Assembly (NCBI GenBank): GCA_016712025.1
Contig: JADJRW010000024.1
Location: 29,753-93,752, forward strand
DNA length: 64,000 bases
Direction of reading: 5' to 3'
Source: Flavobacteriales bacterium
GTDB taxonomy: Bacteria > Bacteroidota > Bacteroidia > Flavobacteriales_F > PHOS-HE28
How positions within the stretch are numbered: the first letter of the stretch is position 1; every line of letters starts with the position of its first letter. The notes below the pieces were generated by a model. It was given only the letters and a program-made list of their open reading frames with translations. It did not search any database and had not been told where the DNA came from. Shown here one piece after another: positions 36,653-45,899 of the stretch. The translations under genes were made by a program, and so were the position numbers.

Positions 36653-38442
36653 ACGTCCGGCGCCTGACTCAGATAGCGTTCGGGGCCGCAGTGGTCCTGT
36701 TGTGCCTTCCTGCCCATGGACAAGATCCCAGGGTCACGCTCCTGCAAGAGCTGCGTGCCAATGGTGATCGCGACTCGCTTGAAGCCGAGGCAAAGCGCCT
36801 GCTCGTTGATGCAACGACGAAGGATCTCCTCTACGAAGCCGAATACCACTGGGCCTTCGCCCGCAGCGGCAAGGATGACCCACTGGGTGCTGTGCAGCAC
36901 GCTCAAGAGGCACTGCTCGCTGCGCGTGAGCTTGCGGACACGTCGCGCATCCTGGGCTCGCTCTATCAGCTCACCAAGTTCAACGTGGAAGGACGCCACT
37001 ACGAAGAGGCCGACCGCTTCCGTCGGGAGCACTTGGCGCTGGCGCGGGCATATGGGCGCGACACCATCCAACATGCACTCGCCCTCAACAGCATGGGCAG
37101 TATGTATAGTCGTATCGAACGACCGGACTCCGAGGAGTACTGCTACCGCGAAGGGCTGAAGTTGCTCGGCGATCGCAAGCACCTGGTGAAGCATGCCTTG
37201 CTTGGCAACCTCGCAAGCACGTTGAGCGCGCGAGGCGAACACACGGAAGCGGCGCAACTGCATGAACAGGTCCTCGCCGAGCTGGACAGCACCGATCTGC
37301 CCAACAAAGCCTGGACGCTGAGCAACCTCGGTCGGTCATTGATGTATGCCAAGCGATACGACGAAGCCATCGCGGCGTTCGATACGGGCGACTCGTTGAA
37401 TGCGGCCAGTGGGAATGCGCTCGACCTGGCGATCGATCTCGCTGAGCTGCGCGCCGAGTGCCTCGAAGCCATGGGGAATATCACGGGTGCGTACACGATG
37501 ATCAGGCGTGCCCGCGATCTGCAAGACACGCTCTTCGACCGGTCCATGAACGAGCAGTACTTGGAACTGGAGAAGCGCTTCGAGACCCAACTGAAGGAGG
37601 AGGAGATCGCGCGGTTGGATTCCGAAGCGCGGGAACGCGAGGAGCGGCTGCGCGTGCGTAATGTGCAGCTCTACGGAAGTCTCGCCATTGCAGTACTCGC
37701 TCTGGGCGCAGTCGTGCTCGTGTGGCGCAACCTTCGACAGAAGAGGAGGTACTCCGCCACATTGGAGAAGTTGAACGCGGAACTGAGCGAGCAGAAATCC
37801 CGCATCGAGGAGATCAATCGACTACTGCAACTGAAGGTGCTGCGCACGCAGATGAACCCGCACTTCATCTACAACAGCCTCAACGCCATCCACAACCTGG
37901 TGCGCAAGGGCGAGGCGGCTGCCGCCAGCGCCTACCTCGATGGCTTCGCGCGCTTGCTACGCATGGTACTGGACCACAGCGTGAAGGAGCGCGTTCCACT
38001 TGCGGAGGAGATCGCCTTCCTGCGCCAGTACCTGAAGCTGGAAGCGATGCGCTTCGAGGACGGGCTGGACTTTGTCGTGGATGTCGATCGCGCACTGCTC
38101 GATGATGAGGACCTGCTCGTACCCACACTGCTCGTGCAGCCCTTCTTGGAGAACGCGGTGTGGCACGGGCTTGCACCGAAGCAAGGCGAGAAGAAGTTGA
38201 ACGTGCGTTTCGCTATGCGCGGCGAACAAGTGGTCTGTACAGTGGAGGACAATGGCGTCGGAAGGAACGCCGCGCCAAAACGCTCACACCCTGATGGTAG
38301 TGCGAGCCTGGGCCTTCAACTCACGAACGAGCGCTTGCAGCTGCTGGCCTTCAAGCTCGGGGATACAGGCCGCGTGACGTTCACCGACCTGGTGGAAGAC
38401 GGTGTTCCTGCAGGGACGCGGGTTGAAGTGGTGTTGGGGTAA
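36649..38442 (+). CDS. TPR sensor + LytS/YehU-type histidine kinase
   Basis: ATGA overlap with the lysA stop. Signal/TM MNVRRLTQIAFGAAVVLLCLPAHGQ. TPR-like repeats. TM LYGSLAIAVLALGAVVLVW. LRTQMNPHFIYNSLNAIHNLV. LVQPFLENAVWHG. TVEDNGVG. Confidence 0.9.
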   Translation: MNVRRLTQIAFGAAVVLLCLPAHGQDPRVTLLQELRANGDRDSLEAEAKRLLVDATTKDLLYEAEYHWAFARSGKDDPLGAVQHAQEALLAARELADTSRILGSLYQLTKFNVEGRHYEEADRFRREHLALARAYGRDTIQHALALNSMGSMYSRIERPDSEEYCYREGLKLLGDRKHLVKHALLGNLASTLSARGEHTEAAQLHEQVLAELDSTDLPNKAWTLSNLGRSLMYAKRYDEAIAAFDTGDSLNAASGNALDLAIDLAELRAECLEAMGNITGAYTMIRRARDLQDTLFDRSMNEQYLELEKRFETQLKEEEIARLDSEAREREERLRVRNVQLYGSLAIAVLALGAVVLVWRNLRQKRRYSATLEKLNAELSEQKSRIEEINRLLQLKVLRTQMNPHFIYNSLNAIHNLVRKGEAAAASAYLDGFARLLRMVLDHSVKERVPLAEEIAFLRQYLKLEAMRFEDGLDFVVDVDRALLDDEDLLVPTLLVQPFLENAVWHGLAPKQGEKKLNVRFAMRGEQVVCTVEDNGVGRNAAPKRSHPDGSASLGLQLTNERLQLLAFKLGDTGRVTFTDLVEDGVPAGTRVEVVLG

Positions 38443-38450
38443 GGTCTTTT

Positions 38451-38532
38451 ACCGCCACGACGCGGCGAGCGCCAAGGACCCGCCACGAAATGCAGCGTTG
38501 CGCAATCGTTGCGTTCGTTGCGTCGTGGCGGT
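38451..38532 (+). promoter_or_regulatory. 13-bp perfect inverted repeat enclosing three GTTGCG direct repeats, between kinase and response regulator
   Basis: ACCGCCACGACGC (38451-38463) pairs with GCGTCGTGGCGGT (38520-38532). The spacer contains caGCGTTGCGcaatcGTTGCGttcGTTGCG, and GGGATTTCTTC follows. Confidence 0.35.
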
Positions 38533-38561
38533 GGGATTTCTTCACCACCTAACTTGCTCCC

Positions 38562-39299
38562 ATGATCACGGCGGTGCAGGTGGATGACGAAGCGAGCGCA
38601 CGCGAATTCCTGCGCTCCCGCTTGCACGATGTGGCCCCTGAAGTTCAGGTGCTCGGCGAAGCGAAGAACATCGACGAAGCCGCACGCTTGATCGCGGACA
38701 CCAAACCGCAACTCGTCTTCCTCGATGTGGAGATGCCCGGTGGCGATGGCTTCGAACTGCTCAAGCGCCTCGGCCGCTGGGACTTCGATGTCATCTTCAC
38801 GACCAGTCACCAGCACTACGCCATACAGGCCATCCGCTTCAGCGCGCTGGATTACCTGCTGAAGCCCGTGCAGGCGGATGAACTGCGCGCGGCGATCGAT
38901 CGGCATGTGGAGCGCAAGGGCCACGCTTCCACCGATGTGCAGCAGCAGTTCCTGAACAACATCGCGCACCGCGACGAGCAGGCCCTGAAGCTCACCCTCA
39001 CGCACGGCGATCGTACGCACGCCGTTGCCCCCGCCGACATCGCTTGGTGTCAGGCCGACGACAACTATACCGCGCTGCACCTCGCCGATGAGCGCCGCTT
39101 TGTCTCCGCACGCACACTGAAGGACTACGACGAGATGCTCACCCCGCTTGGCTTCATCCGTGTGCACAAGAGTGCGCTCGTGAACCGCCGCCATGTGGAT
39201 GGCATCGATGGCGAAGGACGCGTACGCCTGCGCAACGGCGTGCGCGTGGAGATCAGCCGGAGGAGGTTGGAGGAGGTGACGCTCGCATTGCGAGGTTGA
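38562..39299 (+). CDS. LytR/AlgR-family response regulator (REC + LytTR DNA-binding domain)
   Basis: MITAVQVDDEASAREFL...LVFLDVEMPGGDGFELL...DYLLKP (REC). ADIAWCQADDNYTALHLADERRFVSARTLKDYDEML...FIRVHKSALVN (LytTR). Confidence 0.9.
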   Translation: MITAVQVDDEASAREFLRSRLHDVAPEVQVLGEAKNIDEAARLIADTKPQLVFLDVEMPGGDGFELLKRLGRWDFDVIFTTSHQHYAIQAIRFSALDYLLKPVQADELRAAIDRHVERKGHASTDVQQQFLNNIAHRDEQALKLTLTHGDRTHAVAPADIAWCQADDNYTALHLADERRFVSARTLKDYDEMLTPLGFIRVHKSALVNRRHVDGIDGEGRVRLRNGVRVEISRRRLEEVTLALRG

Positions 39300-39333
39300 C
39301 CGTTCCCTCGATCCAGTACCAGTCCCTCGATCC
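39297..39333 (+). promoter_or_regulatory. Direct-repeat element TGACCGTTCCCTCGATCC-N5-(A)GTCCCTCGATCC upstream of 39372; candidate LytTR operator
   Basis: The 18-mer at 39297-39314 is repeated exactly at 39861-39878. An internal second copy TCCCTCGATCC lies at 39323-39333, followed by TTTGG. Confidence 0.35.
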
Positions 39334-39371
39334 TTTGGCCTGCACCGCCATGCGTTCACCTACTTCGCACG

Positions 39372-39863
39372 ATGCACTACTTCCCGACCCTCCCATTCAC
39401 GCTCGCCCTGTTGCTCTCCTTGTCGAGCGCCGCACAGATCACCGAAGTGGCCATGACCTTTGCCGGAACGCACCCGCCGGACAGCGCGGTGCTCGCGTTG
39501 TTGCGGACGGAATCAGAGATCATGGAGAAGCATCGCGTGGTGGCCGTGCGCGACAGTTTGCGGAAGGAGATCCTATCGCCGGGCTGGTTCTATCACGGTG
39601 TGGATGGCATGCCGATCGACCTGAAGGGATTGACTGCACGGCAAACGCGCAACGGGTTCAAGCTGATCGACGCGGAGGTGATGCGGGAGATCCTATACCA
39701 GTACGAGAATACGGCGATCCTGGTGCTGCACGAGCGCATGACCGTGGAGGACAAGGGCGAGCGGAAGGAGGTGTACGGTTCCTTGATCATGGTACTGGGC
39801 AAGGAGAACGGCCGCTGGAAGATCCAGGCCGAAGCGATCGGCAGCGAACCTCCACCGCGCTGA
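39372..39863 (+). CDS. SnoaL-like / DUF4440 (NTF2-fold) secreted protein
   Basis: Signal MHYFPTLPFTLALLLSLSSAAQ. C-terminal ...YGSLIMVLGKENGRWKIQAEAIG is typical of the NTF2-like DUF4440 family. Confidence 0.75.
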   Translation: MHYFPTLPFTLALLLSLSSAAQITEVAMTFAGTHPPDSAVLALLRTESEIMEKHRVVAVRDSLRKEILSPGWFYHGVDGMPIDLKGLTARQTRNGFKLIDAEVMREILYQYENTAILVLHERMTVEDKGERKEVYGSLIMVLGKENGRWKIQAEAIGSEPPPR

Positions 39864-39878
39864 CCGTTCCCTCGATCC
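39861..39878 (+). repeat. Second exact copy of the 18-mer TGACCGTTCCCTCGATCC, upstream of 39951
   Basis: Identical to 39297-39314. Both copies start with the TGA stop codon of the preceding gene. A related GTTCCCTTGGTC lies at 39922-39933. Confidence 0.5.
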
Positions 39879-39950
39879 CTTCCCGTAGCCTCGGTGTTCC
39901 TTTCTGTTCGCCCACCATAATGTTCCCTTGGTCGTGCAATTCCAACGACC

Positions 39951-42900
39951 ATGCGCACCATCCTTCTCGCCGCCCTCATCGTCCCGTCGTGCGTTCTCGC
40001 CCAGAACGCGAACAACCCCGATTGCGACAACGCTTATCCGATCGCCGTGAGCAGCGGGTCGGTGCCGGACGAATGGGTGCTGAGCAATACGGGCGATGAG
40101 CCCAACGCGATCAGCCCTGCCGCATGTACGGGTAACGGGTACAGCGATGTCTGGTTCAGTTTCATGGCGACGGCGAGCGCACTCACGATCGTGCATGATG
40201 GTCGCTCAGTGGACGCCGTGTGTATCGAGGCGTTCAGCGGCACATGTGGAACGCTCAACAGCATCGGCTGCACGGCCGGTCCGATATCCAACAGTGCATT
40301 GCCCCTGACAGGTCTAGCGGTGGGCAACACCTATTACTTCCGCAGTTTCCAGACGGTGCCGGGTGGTGGCAACACGCGGCGTTTGGGCGTGGTGCGTCCG
40401 ATCACCAACGACGATTGCGCCGGGGCCCTGGATCTCATTCCCTCGCCGAACATCGGTCCGCTCACCTTATGCCAGCAGTTCACCACCGTCGGGGCGACGC
40501 AATCGCTCCCGGGTTGCGGCGTGGCGGCTGCCAGCGACGATGACGTGTGGTTGCACTTCACCGCCACGGCAGCCAAGCATACGGTGGTGATCGCAGCGGA
40601 TCCCCCTCCCATAGTGGAAGCGTTCACGGGTACTTGTGGAAGTCTCACCAGCTTGTGGTGCGACGATGATTGGTTGCTGGACGGGGAACTCACCGGTCTG
40701 ACGCCCGGCCAGGACATCTACTTGCGTGTCTACTCCGAGAGCACGGTGGTGCAGAGCTACACTTGGTTCGGTGCGGGTATCGGGAGCCCGCCGGCGAACG
40801 ACGAGTGCGCGAACGCGATCACCATCGCGGTGAACGAAGGTCCGGAGCCAGGACAGGTGTATGGCTTCGACCTCGAAACGGCGACGAGTTCGGCCGTCAA
40901 CAACTACACGACGCTGGAGGACGTGTGGTATTCGTTCACCGCACCCTCCTCCAACCTTGTTGTGGAGAAAGTGGGCTCGTTCAGCCTGGCGCTCTTCGAT
41001 GAGAACTGCGTGGATGGCATCGTTTCGGAAGGCGTGTACATCCCTTTGGTGCTGGATGCGCTCGTGCCCGGAACCACTTACAAGCTGAAGGCGGGCAGTG
41101 GAACCACGGCGGGCCTCCGCACGCGGGGCTTCACCACCAACGACGATTGCGCGGACGCGATCAACCTGGCCGTGCAGAACGAAGACGACCCATTGGAGTA
41201 CACGCACGCCGTGACCTACGGCGCCACCGAAAGCGCCACGGCTTGCGTGCTGGGGACCGATGACGATGTGTGGTTCACCTTCACCGCCACCGCACCGACC
41301 ATCCACTTGAGCGCCCTCGCCGATGGCACGGCGTTGCGGTATGAACTGAACACTGGTGCATGCGGATCGCTGACGGCCATGGAATGCGGCGCGGTGGACT
41401 TCAACTTCGGCACCGTACTGGACAGCCTTGTGATCGGCACCAACTACACCTTTCGCCTGTGGACGAACGGCTCTTCGCCGAAGCCGCTACGGGTGGCCTT
41501 GGCAAAGACGCTATCGAACGATGAATGCGCCGGTGCGGTTCCGCTTCTACCGATGACCTTGGAGGACTTCGACCCCGCGCAACGCACCGAGTTCCGTTTT
41601 GCAACCTCATCGCTGCCCCAATGCGGCGCTGCATTCAGCACCAAGGACCTGTGGTACAGCTTCACGGCCACGGCTCCTACGGCGGCCTTGGTCCTGCAAC
41701 CGCACTACATCGACTACGAGCTGAGAAGCGAGCTCTTCTCCGGCACTTGCGGGTCACTCACCAGCATCTTCTGCACCGATGAGCGGCAGACCAACTACAC
41801 GGGCCTTGTTCCGGGCGAGACCTACTTCGTGCGCATCTATACCAACGCGGGCGGCGATACGCATCTCTTCAACCACCAGTTCTATGCACCTCCTGCGAAC
41901 GACGACATGGTTGGTGCGATCCAACTCATGCCGGACGGCGATGCGTTCGCGCATCCGATGAAGCCCTTTTCGAACTATGGCGCTTCGATGTCCTTCCCGC
42001 AGGTGGCTTGTACCGGCACACCCGAGAACGACGTGTGGTTCTACTTCGTGGCAACGGATGTGGAACACACCGTAGGCGCGGACGTGGGCAGCATCGAGTA
42101 CGAAGAGACCGCATCGACCCTGCGCATCGAGACTTTCCTCGGCTTCTCTACCATCCCTGATACGTTGCTCGCGAATGAGGCTGATCTGCGGTACCAGCAC
42201 CAACGGCATCAACGTATCAGGGCTCGCTGTCGGCGATACCGTGATGGTGCGCTACTTCTCCAGCACGAACGGTCCGCATGTCATCCGCACCTTCCATCCG
42301 TGGGTGGGCGGCAGTGCCACAAGTGATGAAGCGAGCGGCGCGGTGCTGATCGCCGATCGCGATGCGTACGCGGTGGAGTTCAACACGAACAACGCCACGC
42401 AGAGCCTGCCCAGCAACGGCTGCGGAGTGATCGGCGACAGCCCCGATGACGATGTCTGGTTCAAGTTCACGCACGATGGCGATGCCGCCACGATCATGTG
42501 CCACTTCCTGGACGACAACGCGGTGCTGGAGCTCTTCCAAGGTCCTGTTGGAAGTCTCGCATCGATCGCGTGCGGCTACAATTACCTCGTGTTCCCCAGC
42601 GGCATGGTCGATGGGCAGACCTATCACCTGCGCGTGTATAGCCGAAACACCAGCGACCTCCGTGGCAAGCTTGGCATCTTCCACACGCCGCACCCGATGG
42701 AAAGCGAATGCGCCGATGTGGATTGCCTGGGGCCGAACCTCGTGTTGAACCCCGGCATCGAACCGGGCGAGCTCAATGCCACGATGTTCCAAACGACCGG
42801 ACCTCCTGTACCCATCGGCCACGGACTGGCTCCGCACTGGCATACGGCGGTGGCCACGGCGGACAGCTATTCCTCCGGCAACGACTTTGCGGATCCCGAG

Positions 42901-43680
42901 CATCTGCCGACGAACCTGGCGGGCTCGATCGATCTGGCCTCCGATGTGCGCCCACGCGGCGGCGGTGGTGCAGGCGGTGCTTTCGCGCGCCAATCGTCCA
43001 CCTACCATGAAGCGCTCGGCGGAAAGCTGAGCGCTCCACTGGTGCCCGGAGTGCCCTACCTCATCGCCTTCAACGTGCGGCTGCGCGGGAACATCGGCGG
43101 CTGCGACGGTTTCGGTGTGCACCTGGGTTTGGAGCCGGTCGCGGTGTCCTATCCGCCGTTCAATCCGCCCATGCAGATCGAATGGCAGGGCGGTCCGATC
43201 AACGTCACCAACGAGTGGCAGACCATCTGCGGACAGATCATCGCAGACCAGCCGTATGAGCACATCACCATCGGTGTGTTGAAGCCGCGGGACGAAGTGG
43301 AGTGCACCGCCGGTATCGTCTACTACTACTTCGACGATGTGACCGTCGCCGAAGTGATCGATGCGCTCTGCGTAACGGTGGATGTGCCGGAAGTGGATCC
43401 CGCGACTTCCGCCACGGTGATCGGCGATGGCCTCAACGTATTCCCGAACCCGGCGAACGATCGGTTGAACATCAGCATCGAAGAGGGGTTGATCGGCGAA
43501 GAGGCGGTGATCGAACTGTTCGATGTCACGGGCAAACAAGTGCATGCGCGCGTGGTGCCGTCACTTGCGAGCAACGTTGTACTTGAACTGCCAGCGGAGC
43601 TGCGCGAAGGATTGTATTTGGTGATGCTGCGGGTGGAAGGACATGAGCCGATGTCGGCACGAGTGATCCTGCACCGATAG
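39951..43680 (+). pseudogene. Giant T9SS-sorted protein with about 7 tandem 'NDxC...DVWFxFTAT...CGSLT...GxxYxxR' modules; frame break near 42170-42190
   Basis: ORF 39951..42326 (signal MRTILLAALIVPSCVLAQ) continues as ORF 42175..43680. ...RIETFLGFSTIPDTLLANE joins LICGTSTNGINVSGLAVGDTVMVRYFSS in the middle of a module. C-terminal NVFPNPANDRLNISI...GLYLVMLRVEG. Confidence 0.85.
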
Positions 43681-43692
43681 CCACGTACCTTC

Positions 43693-44587
43693 ATGCGCAT
43701 GAAGCATTGGATGACACTCGTCGCACTGGTTCTGTGCATCGACCCTGCCAGCGGGCAGAACGCGGAACAAGGTGTGAATGCGCTACAACGCCTCGACGGT
43801 TTCTCCTTCACCGTGCTCTATAGTGCGGGCCATGAAGAACGGGCGCGTGCGATGGCTCAACTGTGCGAGCGCACCATGGTGTACATGGATGGTCAATTGG
43901 ACTTCATCCCAGCGCTGCAACTGAAGGTGCTGGCCCAGGTCGACTGGAGCGCGCATACGGCATTCCCGGTGTATGGCATGCCGCATCCCGTGCGCGATAC
44001 CACCTTGGTGCTCGCCGCCGAGGACAACGACTTCTGGCGCAGCTTTGTTCCGGATACGGCGCAACTACCAGGGGACCTTGTTATACAAGTGCGCAGCGCC
44101 TATGGCACGCCCGATGGTGGCTTGAGCATGCAGCCTTTCTTCGACCTGCTGGTATTGCATGAGCTTGCCCACCTGTACCATCTGCAACGCCCGTGGACTT
44201 CCCACGGCTTTGGTTGGGCGAGCTCTTCGCGAACGTGTTCCTGCACACCTTCATTGCAGCCGAGAGGCCCGATCGCTTCCGGCGCTCACGGTCTTTCCGC
44301 GCATGGTGGTCGCGCGTGGCACGCATGACTTCCAGTTCACTACACTGCCGGAACTCGAAGCGAACTACGAGTTGATCGCCAGCCAGCATCCCACGAACTA
44401 CGGCTGGTACCAATGTCGGTGGCACAGTGCCGCAGCCTCCATCTACGACCGTGGTGGCGCGATCGTCCTGCGGAAATTCTGGGAGGGCTTTACGTTGCCA
44501 AATGGCGAATTGGATGACGCCGCGTTGGCTGAGCTACTGCGCGAAAAGGTGCATCCGAGCGTGGCCGAAGTGATGACCAAGTGGTGA
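43693..44587 (+). pseudogene. Secreted HExxH-motif protein (putative metallopeptidase-like), two frame breaks (near 44190 and near 44285)
   Basis: Signal MRMKHWMTLVALVLCIDPASGQ, then ...LLVLHELAHLYHLQ in frame 1. Continues VDFPRLWLGELFANVFLHTFIAAERPD in the frame of ORF 44193, and LPALTVFPRMVVARGTHDFQF...KFWEGF... in the frame of ORF 44159. Confidence 0.7.
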
Positions 44588-44619
44588 TGGTCTCTCCTCT
44601 TGGATCCCACCGGCATTCC

Positions 44620-45874
44620 ATGCGGAACACACGAAGTGCTTTCCCCATCCTTGTGGCGTGCTTGTTCGCGGCGTGTTCCGCTCCGCGGGAGAACCCACCT
44701 GAGTACGTGCTTCCCGCTGAATGGGAGCCGCACGAAGCCGTCTGGTTCACCTATGGGGGGAATTCCCCGGACACGGTACTGGACAAGGTGGCGCTGGCCA
44801 TGGACAAGAGTGTCCTGTTGATCTGCGCTGCGGACAATGACAGCCTCGCACGGACGATCGCAGCTCGCTGGGAAAGCCTTGGCATCGCGCGCACGCGCTA
44901 TCGCATGGAGGTTTTGAGCGACAGTCTGGAGGCGCCTACGGTGCGTGATGGGGGACCGATCTTCCTGCGGAAGCGCGATGGTTCGCTGGCCGTGCTCGAT
45001 CCGGAGTGGAACTACTATGGCGACCATACCAACATGGTTGGGTCTTCACAAACAGCATTGGCATTCGAGGACACCTTTCCCACCATGATCGCGCGGCGGC
45101 TTGGTCTTCCAGTGGTGCATAGCAACATGGTCATTGAAGGTGGCGCGGTGGAAGTGAACGGTGCTGGAACGCTGTTGCAGGTGGAAGCGGTGAACATGCA
45201 ACGTAACCCCGGTTGGAGCAAGGACAGCATGGAGCACGAACTCAAGCGCGTGTTCGGCGTGCGGGCCATCATCTGGCTGAAGGAAGGTCCGGCCGATGAC
45301 ATGTGGTACTTGGCGCCGCGCATTCACGGCGATGTCTTCAACCAAGGCACCGGTGGGCACGTGGATGAATTCTGCCGTTTCGTGAATGACAGCACCATAC
45401 TGCTTGCCTGGCCTGATGATGCCGACTTGGCGGACAGCGTGCTGGCCATCACGCGCAAACGCATGGAAGTGAACCTGCGCATCCTGGAGCGGTTCCGCGA
45501 TCGCGATGGTCGGGCGCTGCGGGTGGTGAAGGTGCCCACGCCGGATACCGAGTTCTACAAGCACCGGATCGACAGCCTGCGCGACTATGACCAACGTGTG
45601 CTCATCAGTTATCCCGATCTGCATCACGGGGACACCATCCGATACATACCTGCCGCGAGCTACCTCAATCTGCTCATCACCAACGGACGCGTCTTCGCCC
45701 CGGCCTATTGGCATGAGGGAATGCCCACTTCCATGAAGGCGAAGGATGAACGTGTGCGCACCATCCTCAAGGGGTACTTCTCCGACCGCACCATCGTGCA
45801 GGTGGATCCGCGCGCGATCAACTGGCAGGGGGGGCGTACACTGTTGGACGCAACAACAACCGCGTTCGCGGTGA
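44620..45874 (+). pseudogene. Agmatine deiminase / PAD_porph-family protein; frameshift in a G7 run (45828-45834) displaces the catalytic-Cys C-terminus
   Basis: Lipoprotein-like MRNTRSAFPILVACLFAACS. LPAEWEPHEAVWFTY. VIEGGAVEVNGAGTLL. GTGGHVDEFCRFV. After INWQGG the expected GVHCWTQQQPRSR* is read only in the +1 frame (stop at 45872-45874). The annotated frame instead runs to 45903. Confidence 0.8.
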
Positions 45875-45899
45875 TGCTGGGAATGCCGTTCTTCACGGC

